Positions 37,921-47,587 of a stretch of 64,000 nt of DNA are shown piece after piece. The DNA is taken from the IMG/VR virus record IMGVR_UViG_3300022719_000071, positions 1 through 64,000 of that record; one strand, written 5' to 3'. The stretch comes from a virus. Its lineage: Duplodnaviria > Caudoviricetes. Numbering within the stretch: the stretch's first letter is position 1; every line of letters starts with the position of its first letter. The notes beneath the pieces are model-generated. The model had not been told where the DNA came from. It ran no database searches and saw nothing but the letters and a program-made list of their open reading frames with translations. A program made the position numbers and the translations under genes.

Positions 37921-38376
37921 TTAAGAAGTCAAGGACGGAAACCAAATGAGGGCTTCACCCCTGATGACAACATCACCATCGCTGTTCTTGCATACAGTAA
38001 AGAAATCCACGGTGGCTTTCTTCTTTCCATATCCCTGAACGATTGCGGTTGCCGTGATAATATCACCAATGTATACCGGCTTCATGAACTCCAGAGATTG
38101 CTTGAGATACACGGCACCCTCGATGTTACCGAAAATTGCAGAGATGAAAGAAGCTGACAGCATCCCATGAGCAATGCGTTTGCCAAACATGGTTTTAGCT
38201 GCGAAAGACTCAACGAAGTGGAGAGGATTCTGGTCAGTGCTAATGTACCCGAAGGCATCTACTCTGTCTGGGGTCACGGCAACTGTGACTGGTGGTAGTT
38301 TCTTTTCCAGCGGAAAAACATCAGATATCGATTCCTGCACGACGCTTAATGTCGGTGATTTCTGATTCGAAGTCAT
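37921..38376 (-). CDS. MaoC/PhaJ-like (R)-enoyl-CoA hydratase
   Basis: DQNPLHF...FGKRIAHGML, FMKPVYIGD. Confidence 0.9.
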   Translation of the reverse strand: MTSNQKSPTLSVVQESISDVFPLEKKLPPVTVAVTPDRVDAFGYISTDQNPLHFVESFAAKTMFGKRIAHGMLSASFISAIFGNIEGAVYLKQSLEFMKPVYIGDIITATAIVQGYGKKKATVDFFTVCKNSDGDVVIRGEALIWFPSLTS

Positions 38377-39055
38377 TATCTACCTCTGGCTGTACAGCCT
38401 TTCTTGGTGTTACTCTATTCGCTTTTGGTGCTGCATGCTTTTTAGTTTTTGATGCAGACTTGCGTGGTGCAGGCTTTGCCTTCGGTCGTTTTGGCTCTCC
38501 GTCACCAGCTAACTTAGACCCTGATGCAGCGATTGTCCAGTAAATGCCTCCCTTTCTACCCATGATCACTTCAACACTATTGAAGTAACGTTTGGCTTCA
38601 CGTATTAGAGCTTCAGCAGTGTATGACTTTTGAAAAGTTTTAGAAGAAGTGATCACGCCATCCTTGTACTTCTTACCACGGATGCTCTTGTCTCCAGTGC
38701 TGCGGACTGTGATGTAGGCGGTACCACCCGTGGCACGAGCGATATCTTCCCAGGCATTCTTGCGAATGTCAGGTGGAAGGACGTTAAGGACATAGTTGCT
38801 GATTACCACATCATAGCGATCATCGAAGACTGTACGGTCAGGGGCGTAATTTGGATCGTATTCGGCGTATGCTGCGGCAGCAGAAGCTAGAGCTTGTGCA
38901 TCATCATCTGCACGACCACGACCGTGATGTAGGACTGTAGCATCCGGAGGAATACGACCACCAGAGATGAGTTCTCTGGTAGGAACAGACACTGCTCGGC
39001 GTGACATCGCTGTCTTGGCAGCAATGGTGCCATAATCTGGCTTCTCTTTAGGCAT
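38321..39055 (-). CDS. Class I SAM-dependent methyltransferase-like protein
   Basis: VLHHGRGRADD, YDPNY, YDVVISNYVLNVL, TFQKSY. Confidence 0.75.
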   Translation of the reverse strand: MPKEKPDYGTIAAKTAMSRRAVSVPTRELISGGRIPPDATVLHHGRGRADDDAQALASAAAAYAEYDPNYAPDRTVFDDRYDVVISNYVLNVLPPDIRKNAWEDIARATGGTAYITVRSTGDKSIRGKKYKDGVITSSKTFQKSYTAEALIREAKRYFNSVEVIMGRKGGIYWTIAASGSKLAGDGEPKRPKAKPAPRKSASKTKKHAAPKANRVTPRKAVQPEVDNDFESEITDIKRRAGIDI

Positions 39056-40288
39056 CTACAAACTCTCGTGGTATTAAAATATTTACTCAGTTACAGGAGG
39101 TAGATGACCCTGCTTGTAATCCTCCTCGGAAATAATTCGATAGTGTGCGTAATCCTCTACTGCAATGTATTCTTCCGCACCATCATCAAATCTAACAACG
39201 AAGCATGCACGACCGCTAATGTTCAAAGGAGTTGCATACATTACATTGATGATTTTCGCTGCTTCTCCAGCACGAAAGGAATACTGGAGGATGCCCACGA
39301 TGTAGGCATCCTCCAGTTGAAGTCCGCTTGCCGTTTGGTATTTCATCGAAGGTGAAACTTCATCCACGGATCGGCATCCTTGGATACCATATCGGAGGGC
39401 TGAAGAGTTTCCATCCGGCGGTTATTCCTGGCCTCGGAATGATGACGTAACAACCAGACAGCTTCCTCCTCCGTCATTTCCAGGTCGGAAACATGAATGC
39501 TGCTCAGCGTATCCGCCAGAAAGTCATGTTTCGGATTTGGGGGAAGACACTCCCGGTGCATGAGGATGCGGTCACCCATCAGGCGTGCATCACCCGCTTC
39601 CACGAGATGGGTCGCCCCGGCCTCGGCAATGACTCGCTGCTTCTCCTCCCAGTTTCTCGTGGCTTTGAGTAGAATACGATCTCGCTCCAGTTGCTCCTGA
39701 AGGTCATTGTATCGCTTGCGAGCCTTGGGGCTGAGGGCCAGACGAACTCGAAGAATCATTTTCTGTACAAGTTTCATGGTGATGATCTTCCTTGTGCTCA
39801 AGTGTTGACGTTACGCTCACGAAGCACGTAGTTCGTGGCGATGTGATGATTGATTGCCTGTTCGTGAGTGCCGACGATTTCGTAGAAACTCGGGCAGCTC
39901 AGATCCCAGATTTTGGTGGTGGGCACGATGAGCTTCTCGTCGGTCTCCCGCAACATCCGAGGATGGGAGAGTTTACGATTCCGAAGCGACTCACGGTATG
40001 CCATCAAATCCAGAGTGCTGCGATGGCGCAGAGCACTTACGATTCTTGCGACACCGGACTCATAATCCTGTTGATTGGTCATCTTGCCCCCCATCAAGTC
40101 TGATTAACGTTAGAACTAGCCTACCAGACCTATAGTTTTAGTCAAGAACACAAAATGATGCATGGTTCATAGTTTGTAAGTATTATCATGATTTGAATGA
40201 GAATAGAAAGATCAACTCACAGATTAAGAAGATTCAGAGAGTGCTTTCCACTGATCTTTGAAGATGCTCATAGTTGTTCTTGAACATC

Positions 40289-40570
40289 TCAGACGACCTC
40301 GAACATGGGGGCGTTGGCCTCGGCCACGACCTGATTGGTGAACTGATTCACGATGAGAACTCGGTTGACGTGGACGATCACATCTCCGGGATAGCGTGGT
40401 CCGTTGACGCCACCCGGCTGGAAGCTTGCGTTGAGAAGTTGCCGATACTTCTCGGCGTTCTCAGCCGTGGGGCGACCCATGGTGCGGCAGTTCCAACACG
40501 CTGGGGTCAAGTAAGTCTTGGCGTTGGTGCGGAACTCGACACGGTACTTCGGAGTGGTGACTCGGCCCAT
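40289..40570 (-). CDS. Hypothetical early-type protein
   Basis: ATG after GAGGAG and the conserved leader motif. Confidence 0.6.
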   Translation of the reverse strand: MGRVTTPKYRVEFRTNAKTYLTPACWNCRTMGRPTAENAEKYRQLLNASFQPGGVNGPRYPGDVIVHVNRVLIVNQFTNQVVAEANAPMFEVV

Positions 40571-40816
40571 CGTGGTATCTCCTCAATTGATGAAAATATT
40601 ATATATTAGTTCGTACAGAAAGTCTGTGATCTACGTCTCAGTTTCCGTCAGAATAGTAAACCCACAGTCTTCGATCTTCCCGGCGACAGGACTGGAGCGC
40701 CGCCAGTCTATTGTATTCCTCCAGAGCTTGATAGAAAGCCAGGGCCGACTGGAATTCACCCATTTTTTCGTGGACGGTTCCAGTCGGTACATGGAGAGCT
40801 TTGAACTTGTAGACGG

Positions 40817-41137
40817 TCATGCGTCCTTCCACTCCTCATTCACAGTCTTGGGCGGGCAGTACAACTCACGCTCGATAACTGGCCTGCCGAATTTCCGGAT
40901 GCTCTTAAGATCGCTAAGCATCGTGTAACCCCACTCGTAGCCGTGGCCGATATCGGCAGCACCATAGAGGAGCCAGTCGCCGTCCTCTTGCTTCTCGGCC
41001 TCCACGATCAACCACTTGCTGACGCCGTAGAGATCGAAGAACTTGACGATGACCGGTGCATCCTTGCCCATCCCATCGGTCGTTCCGATAGGGGTCTTCT
41101 CCAGCTTCTTCTCGATTTCCTTGGTGATGAGCTTCAT
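40817..41137 (-). CDS. DUF2958-like protein
   Basis: VIVKFF..W...E..DGD.LLYG..EWGY..LSDL. Confidence 0.6.
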   Translation of the reverse strand: MKLITKEIEKKLEKTPIGTTDGMGKDAPVIVKFFDLYGVSKWLIVEAEKQEDGDWLLYGAADIGHGYEWGYTMLSDLKSIRKFGRPVIERELYCPPKTVNEEWKDA

Positions 41138-41147
41138 GATGTTTTTC

Positions 41148-41450
41148 TCAGCGCAGATAAGCCACACCGTACTTGCCCATGCAGCCGAGCCCGTTGTCGT
41201 TGTTGAAGATGTTGCCACGAGCATGCTTGGCGGGAGCCTTGTAGCTGGCAGGCTTGAGCACGTCGCCGTTGGTAGTGTCGATGAAAGCCCAGGCGCTGCC
41301 GTGCTCCTGACCGTGCTGCCTCTTGACGATGCGGATGTAGCGGCGACCGGGCTGGGGCACCAGCTTGCCGTCGTTCGCCTCCACGATCTCCCGGCAGCGG
41401 GTCAGGAAGGTTTCCAAGGCGATGTCGAACTCGGGGGTGGTCTTGGCCAT
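41148..41450 (-). CDS. Conserved phage hypothetical protein
   Basis: GRRYIRI..SAWAFID..NGDVLKPASYKAPAKHARGNI. Confidence 0.65.
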   Translation of the reverse strand: MAKTTPEFDIALETFLTRCREIVEANDGKLVPQPGRRYIRIVKRQHGQEHGSAWAFIDTTNGDVLKPASYKAPAKHARGNIFNNDNGLGCMGKYGVAYLR

Positions 41451-41486
41451 GTGAATTTCCTGGGATTGCCTCAACTGATGGAAGTA
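41448..41486 (-). promoter_or_regulatory. Duplicated 39-bp 5' leader (second copy 41769-41807)
   Basis: Identical TACTTCCATCAGTTGAGGCAATCCCAGGAAATTCACATG following -10 boxes TATACT/TATATT. Confidence 0.85.
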
Positions 41487-42170
41487 GTATACTCTACTCC
41501 AACTTATTCCTCAAGAACTTTCTCGTGGAATGTGGCCTAAATCACGGGGTTTGTTTGAATTCGATGATTGTCACCTTTCTCCCACCGTACTGCCTCGTGA
41601 GACGGGATTTCAAATCCTTGCGGGTGGTCCCTATCCAGTCCATGAAGGTTTGGGTGATGGGGTCACCGGGGACACCTTCGACCGTGAAGGTGACCATGAA
41701 CCGTTTTGTGCTGTTTCGCATTACGCTATCCGATTTACCCGCTCTGCGAACCACTTCGTGAATGCGGTCATGTGAATTTCCTGGGATTGCCTCAACTGAT
41801 GGAAGTAATATACAGAGGTACCTAATCTCGTCAAGAGATTCCGATCAGTTTTGTGACACAAAACACACCGAGTCCCGTGACGGCTCCGATGATGGAAATG
41901 ATCCCTACCCACATCCACCCACACTGAAACCAGTAGAAATCCCCTCGATGATGTTGCATCATTCCGAAAATCCCGAACCCCAGGCTCACTAAGGTCGGGA
42001 TAAGGATGCTCACTTCGCATCCGGGAGAGGACGAGGCTCCCAGGTAGCGACCATCTTGAGGTTAACGATAGCAGCGGTGTGTAGGTCGATCATGCGGTGT
42101 CTCCAGCATTGCCTCAACTGATGGGGGTGTTCGCAGAACACCCCCATCATGTACGTGACCACATCACATT

Positions 42171-43382
42171 TCAGTTGAATTCCGTGGCATTGCCCTTCCG
42201 CAGCAGGTAGTCCGGGCTGATCATCTTGAGAGTCACCCGACCCAGCACGAAATCGTTTCGTTCTTTAACCGGAGTAATCACGATACCCTCCCGAATGTTG
42301 GCTCCGGTGATGGTATCCTTTCCGTCACGAAAGCTCTTGGCAGTATCCATGCTGAACGGACCATGGTACAGGACCGGTACCGTGGAAACCTCTAGCCAGG
42401 AGCACGTCTGCTTGAACTCCACGTGATCGAGGTATTGACCCTGACCCGGCTTGCCGACGTAGATGCCGAACACCAGAAAACTCTTCTCCTTCAGACCGTA
42501 GTGCAGATCTTGTACACCAGGACCGAAGGTCTCACCCAGGATGAACACGGGCTCGCCACGACGAACGGCCATGTCCATCACCTTGTTCCATCTACCAGTA
42601 TCCAGCATGTACTGCTTGAACATCCGAACGTACAGGTTCTTGTCATTGGCGTCGTTCCACTTGAATGCCAAACCCTGCTCGCTCAGACCCTTAGAGTTGA
42701 TGATGGTGCCACCGTGAAGAAGTTCCTCGTGATCCAGGTCCGGATCGAAGCCAAAGCACGTCCAGGTGCCGTGAAGCTTCTCGGTGATCACGACCTCCTC
42801 GCCCGAAACCAGAACCTCGTTGTGCTTCTGGATGTTCTCGATGTCGAACTTCAGAGTGTGGCCGAAGATGTTGCAGACCTCACCAGCCATGTGCGTCGGA
42901 ATGGGAGGCTCCCACTTGGTGATGCCAAGCACGTCTCCCACGTCCACGTCGATGCAACGAGACTTGATGGTCTCGATGTCCACGTCGTTCCAGTCATACA
43001 GCAGGTAGCTTTCGCCGTCGCTCAGATCGACACGAGGCAGACCGACAGTCTCTCCCTGAGACAGATCTGGGTCATCCCAAGACACCGGGTACAACAGACC
43101 CTGACTCACGACGCCACGCAGCTTGACAGCCTTGACACGATTGCCTTCTTTGCCTGCCAGCTTGCCTTTGCCTTTCTCCTCATCCCACAGACCCATGCGC
43201 TTCAGCAGCCACTCGGGCATGACCGCAGCCTCGGGGATGTACACGGCGATATCACCAGCCTTGTACTCACCGATGCGGGTGATGCAATCGAAGTCACGCA
43301 CCTTGGCGATCTCCAAGGCGTCGGCATTGGGATGGTCCTCGATGGCGTCGATACGGACGACTGGAACTGAAAATGTGGCCAT
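42171..43382 (-). CDS. RNA ligase, DRB0094/Rnl2-like
   Basis: N-terminal OB-like IEDHPNADALE, motif I EKLHGT, GETFG, motif IV REGIV, motif V LKMISPDYL. Confidence 0.93.
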   Translation of the reverse strand: MATFSVPVVRIDAIEDHPNADALEIAKVRDFDCITRIGEYKAGDIAVYIPEAAVMPEWLLKRMGLWDEEKGKGKLAGKEGNRVKAVKLRGVVSQGLLYPVSWDDPDLSQGETVGLPRVDLSDGESYLLYDWNDVDIETIKSRCIDVDVGDVLGITKWEPPIPTHMAGEVCNIFGHTLKFDIENIQKHNEVLVSGEEVVITEKLHGTWTCFGFDPDLDHEELLHGGTIINSKGLSEQGLAFKWNDANDKNLYVRMFKQYMLDTGRWNKVMDMAVRRGEPVFILGETFGPGVQDLHYGLKEKSFLVFGIYVGKPGQGQYLDHVEFKQTCSWLEVSTVPVLYHGPFSMDTAKSFRDGKDTITGANIREGIVITPVKERNDFVLGRVTLKMISPDYLLRKGNATEFN

Positions 43383-43489
43383 GACTCTAGCTCTCCAAAA
43401 ATATCAGGGAGTATATAGTATCACACAGAACGGTCGTTTGTCCAGTGTCAATTTCGGATGTTTCCATCCTTTTGGTGGGATCAATGGCG

Positions 43490-43569
43490 TGGAGCCCCAG
43501 ACAGGATTCGAACCCGCATGTGTCCAATTACCCTTTCATCGGGGTAGAAACCCGAGGGGATACAGGGGC
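43490..43569 (-). tRNA. Non-canonical tRNA-like RNA, Arg(TCT) loop, rearranged cloverleaf
   Basis: GCCCCTG/CTGGGGC-TCCA, T arm GCGGG-TTCGAAT-CCTGT, hairpin TCGGG-TTTCTAC-CCCGA enclosed by TATCC/GGGTA. Confidence 0.75.
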
Positions 43570-43577
43570 AGAGAATT

Positions 43578-43654
43578 TGGTACACCGTGCCGGATTCGAA
43601 CCGGCGTCTTCCTGCTTGAAAGGCAGGCATCCTAGGCCACTAGACGAACGGTGC
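43578..43654 (-). tRNA. tRNA-Glu(TTC)
   Basis: CCTGC-CTTTCAA-GCAGG; ends ACCA. Confidence 0.95.
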
Positions 43655-43656
43655 AT

Positions 43657-43735
43657 TGGCACTCCGTGTGGGATTCGAACCCACGACCTTCACCTTGAGA
43701 GGGTGACGACCTAAACCAGACTAGTCCAACGGAGC
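43657..43735 (-). tRNA. tRNA-Glu(CTC)
   Basis: TCACC-CTCTCAA-GGTGA; ends GCCA. Confidence 0.95.
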
Positions 43736-43779
43736 GTTGCGTACAGTATATTTATATCGACTCGACTCGAAAGTCAAGA

Positions 43780-43978
43780 GAAACCGGTTGGTCAACACTC
43801 GATGCGACGGTCAGCCACAACCCGGTGGAGCCTACCCATGACTGGTGAGGTTAATACCCACCAGATCCCGGTCTTCACATCCAATTAAGGATGAGCGTGC
43901 TATTAGTTCCAGGCGAAAGGAACAGGCTTCTACCAACCTTCGGTGTGGGCATCCGCAAGGGAGTCGCCTCCCACAACA
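43780..43978 (-). ncRNA. Candidate structured ncRNA (~200 nt)
   Basis: Own promoter TTGACA-17-TAAGAT (44012-43984), no convincing ORF, multiple hairpins. Confidence 0.55.
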
Positions 43979-44091
43979 CAAGTATCTTATCAAATTCACG
44001 ATCCAATGTCAAGCTTTTTCTTGAGGAATTTGATGTTTGACAGCCGGATCGGGTAGCCATATATTTCAGACACCACATAGGAGGCATTTCG

Positions 44092-44832
44092 ATGGCTAAA
44101 TTTGACAATACCGATAAGGTGAAATTGAATAAGGCGGAAGATCCGGTTTATCGCATGCAAGAATATCATCTGGATATTCAAAACAACCACATCTATCTGT
44201 TCGGTGATCACAATCTGGCCGGAACTGATGCTTATGGAGATGCTGAACCCGGTGTCAATTTCACGATGGCCAATCGCTTTGTTTTGAATATGCATCTGTG
44301 TATGAAGACCTCTCAAAGTCCAGTCGTGATCCACATGAAGACCAACGGTGGAGATTGGATCGAAGGCATGGCCATGTTCGATATGCTCATCTCCTATCCT
44401 CATGATACCACGATCCTGAACTATTCTCACGCCCGGTCGATGTCTTCCATCATTTTCCAGGCTGTGACTAAGAGAGTCATGATGCCCAATTCGCACTTCA
44501 TGTTTCATGAGGGAACCTATGGGGATGAAGGAAACATGCGTACTGTCATGTCCGGGATGGAGTTCTACAAAGATACTAACCGCCTGATGTTGGAAATCTA
44601 TGTCCGTCGCATGAAGCAAGGTGGAAAGTTCTCCAAGAAAAAATCAGAATGGATTGCTGACATGCTCATGGAACAGATGCGCCGAAAAGACGATGTATTT
44701 CTGACTGCCAAGGAAACAGTGGATTGGGGATTGGCTGATGAGATCTTTGATGGCGACTGGACCGGACTTACCAAATACACCAAGGCCCAGAGTGAAAACG
44801 CAGTGGAGTTCTCCAGCAACTTCTTAGACTAA
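44092..44832 (+). CDS. clpP: ClpP-like serine protease
   Basis: NGGDWIEGMAMFD, ARSMSSIIF (Ser), FMFHEG (His), DVFLTAKETVDWGLADEI. Confidence 0.85.
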   Translation: MAKFDNTDKVKLNKAEDPVYRMQEYHLDIQNNHIYLFGDHNLAGTDAYGDAEPGVNFTMANRFVLNMHLCMKTSQSPVVIHMKTNGGDWIEGMAMFDMLISYPHDTTILNYSHARSMSSIIFQAVTKRVMMPNSHFMFHEGTYGDEGNMRTVMSGMEFYKDTNRLMLEIYVRRMKQGGKFSKKKSEWIADMLMEQMRRKDDVFLTAKETVDWGLADEIFDGDWTGLTKYTKAQSENAVEFSSNFLD

Positions 44833-44879
44833 ATACCTGTGTGGTCATAGAGCCACGGCAAATAACAAGAAAAAGGCCC

Positions 44880-45971
44880 ATGCAGGTAGACATGCATTAT
44901 TACGGTACGTATTGTTTATCACGTATCGCTGGGATCAATGCTGAAACTTCACACATCATAGCGTACTCGACCCAGTACGTTGATGATAATACCGCTCGTG
45001 AAATCGGTGATCACGAGGATGGCGGAAAAATAGTCGCTATCCCGACCGCTCATCACCCTGGCAATCTAAGAAATAGAGATGAGGATGACCAACGTTTCAT
45101 CTGGGTTCCATTTCATTTCATTCCAGGTAATCAGGGCGAAGCGTGGACCGAACGTCTCCTCTGTAGAAAGAATTCTCTTATCGCACAAGAGATGATACAA
45201 AACAGTATCAACTGCCAAGCTGACTACCATGCAGAATTGATGGGCATCAGTCTTCATACATTCCAGGATACCTTCGCTCATTATAGATTCTCTGGAGTGT
45301 CTTCCCGTCGAAATCGTGTTCGTGGAGATTCCTTCAAGCTAAGACAATCAGAAGAAGTAGTACGTATGGCTTTGGGTCGTACTATTTCAGAATGGTTCAA
45401 CGAATACGGCTACCAAGGTGGTCTGCTGTCTAATATTCGTTCCGTGATTAGTGGTGTCAGTGAAATCTATAGTGGAGCACTAGGCCACGGTGGAGTATCT
45501 ACGTATCCCGATATCCCATTCTTGGAGTGGAGCTATATTCCAGAATATCCAAAGAATGCAGAACGCATTTGGAGAAATAATCCACAGACATACATGCAAG
45601 CGTGTGAGACAGTTTACGACAAGCTAGTTGAATATGTAGATGTTCATCCCGAGGTTTATGATCGCAAGAGCAAGATGCGGTTCTTGGGACACAAGCAGCG
45701 CATCGAGAGGATCTTGGCTACCGTGGGTAACAAAAAAACCAGAGCCGAAGCCTGGAAGAAAGCAGCACGTAGGTTCGAATTTGGGTTTCAGGATGGAATG
45801 CCAGAGTATAATTCAGTTCACTGGCATAAGCAGTGGAACAACTTCAAGAATATGAAGACCAGTTCCGATATTCTAAACTTACCGGTCTACCGATTCATGA
45901 AAGCAGCCAGCTACTATCGTCATTACGTCCTGCGAGAGCTACTGCCCTCGCACGGACTGGTTGTGGTTTAA
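44880..45971 (+). CDS. DUF6765-like protein (His-rich, zinc phospholipase C-like motifs)
   Basis: MQVDMHYYGT, SQ/TQYVDD, TAHH, WVPFHF.PG, GISLHTFQDTFAH. Confidence 0.6.
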   Translation: MQVDMHYYGTYCLSRIAGINAETSHIIAYSTQYVDDNTAREIGDHEDGGKIVAIPTAHHPGNLRNRDEDDQRFIWVPFHFIPGNQGEAWTERLLCRKNSLIAQEMIQNSINCQADYHAELMGISLHTFQDTFAHYRFSGVSSRRNRVRGDSFKLRQSEEVVRMALGRTISEWFNEYGYQGGLLSNIRSVISGVSEIYSGALGHGGVSTYPDIPFLEWSYIPEYPKNAERIWRNNPQTYMQACETVYDKLVEYVDVHPEVYDRKSKMRFLGHKQRIERILATVGNKKTRAEAWKKAARRFEFGFQDGMPEYNSVHWHKQWNNFKNMKTSSDILNLPVYRFMKAASYYRHYVLRELLPSHGLVVV

Positions 45972-46191
45972 TCCTTTCTGAGAATAGAAGCGATGTCACG
46001 ATTTGCCGGTTGACGAGCCGCAGCACCGATTAGGAGATCCAGATAATCCCCACGAGTGGCATTGTTCTGAAGCATGCGCCTCCAGGCAGCCGTGGCGGCG
46101 CACAGATCGTAGCCGAATCGACGGTAGACCATAAGCGCCATGTCCTGGCTGTCCTCAAGGGTGAATGTCTCCTCAGCGGTCGTTGTCACGT

Positions 46192-46521
46192 TCATAACGG
46201 GTTCTCCTTGAGGAACTTGTGTGCCTCATCCTCGGTCATGCCTGCGATGAATTCACCACCCCAAGCGATCCACTTGATCAAACCATTCCCAACACCAAAC
46301 TTGTTGCAATCGTCCAAACCACAAATGGCGTAGATCGCTGAGTACCGCTTCAGTAAAAATGAAATATCCAGCGCAAGACCGAAATTGTAGTTGTTCGGTA
46401 CATTGACGGGCTGCTTCTGACCCTCACGGTTGAAGACGAAAGTATCACCAAACGCATAGAAATTCGTCACACCAGTGATAATGCGAGTCCGTCCGTTGGC
46501 GATGGTGAATACTAGAATCAT
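46192..46521 (-). CDS. Hypothetical protein
   Basis: 109-aa ORF. Confidence 0.5.
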   Translation of the reverse strand: MILVFTIANGRTRIITGVTNFYAFGDTFVFNREGQKQPVNVPNNYNFGLALDISFLLKRYSAIYAICGLDDCNKFGVGNGLIKWIAWGGEFIAGMTEDEAHKFLKENPL

Positions 46522-46552
46522 ACTGACATCCTATCAAGATATCTTCTTTTTA

Positions 46553-46882
46553 TCAAGAATTTTCTTTCAGAAAAGCAGCGAACTTTGCGTAAGCTGCATC
46601 CAGACTCTCTTGGCTGCCATCTACTTCCTCAGCGAATGGGCTCGACCAGAAGTCATGGTTGACGGGCTTCTCCGTGAAGCACTTCCGCTGCTTCTCGACC
46701 ATGCCCTCGTACTTCGGCTGGACGATGGTCACGTTGGGACCGTTGGAGTGCATGATGTGGTTTCGAACATAGCGTTCGGTGTAAACCTCACCGGGCTTCA
46801 CGCCGAGATGATTGGTGACCGAGAGCACCTTGTAGTTGCCTTTGCTATCGGGTCCAGCCAGTTTGGTTGTCTTTGTTGCCAT
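46553..46882 (-). CDS. Hypothetical protein
   Basis: ATG after GGAGG, directly downstream of the large ncRNA. Confidence 0.6.
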   Translation of the reverse strand: MATKTTKLAGPDSKGNYKVLSVTNHLGVKPGEVYTERYVRNHIMHSNGPNVTIVQPKYEGMVEKQRKCFTEKPVNHDFWSSPFAEEVDGSQESLDAAYAKFAAFLKENS

Positions 46883-46911
46883 TAGGTCTTACCTCCGAAT
46901 TTGGCATTGAT

Positions 46912-47543
46912 TGGAGCAGAGTTGAGGGATCGAGCCTCCAGCGGCCACCTGTTCCCAGGTGCGGCACCCTGCAATTCAAGTCGTCGGGCTGCCCGGACTC
47001 ACACCGGCTGTCAGGTTGGCCGCTCTTGGCCCGACTTGTCTCAAACCGCTGTCTTTCCAGCCTGTCACCGACACTGTATGGCTAGTCGGACTCCATTACA
47101 TTCGATGTCTCTTCCCAAGGCTCGCTAACACCCGGTTATGATTTCCCGGTCATCCCATGGGCGAATCCAGAAACAAAAGACCGTGTTCAAAGGGCAGTTT
47201 TTTCGTCAGGCGACTTGCCGAGGTCGCCCGGAAACGATGTACGTCTCCGATTGTAAGTCGGTGGCAGAGGTTCGACTACGTTGGCGTACAGTTATTCGCC
47301 ATTTTCCCCGTGCTGTATCACGGTACCGTCTCAGTCGAAGATGCCACCGAATTCAAAAATTCGGAGAGCCTTTTATTCGTCAGGCGACGTGCTCAGGTCG
47401 CCGGGTAGGTCCGTAGAGCCACCCAAATGTCGAGGGGGTCTTTGAATGGCGACGTTACCCCAGGTCGCCGGGTGCGTGTATTATTCGAACGCAACCCTAT
47501 TAATCCCTGTGAATCCGTGGTTCTTTGTATAGTATTCTCTGCT
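46912..47543 (-). ncRNA. Large (~630 nt) structured RNA with tRNA-like termini
   Basis: Promoter TTGACA-17-TATAGT (47581-47553); 5' AGCAGAG pairs with 3' CTCTGCT-CCA; T arm GAGG-CTCGATC-CCTC; many helices; no credible ORF. Confidence 0.8.
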
Positions 47544-47587
47544 ATGGTGTGTACTATACTCTCCTCTATCCCGTTTGTCAAGTGTTT

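Noticed and set aside
41465-41481. CTCAACT shared between the leader motif and the CRISPR repeat
   Set aside because: Only 7 bp, so chance is likely.
46912-47543. tmRNA call for the large RNA
   Set aside because: Acceptor 3:70 pair is A-U not G.U, the discriminator is U, the length is about twice that of tmRNA and no tag frame is evident.
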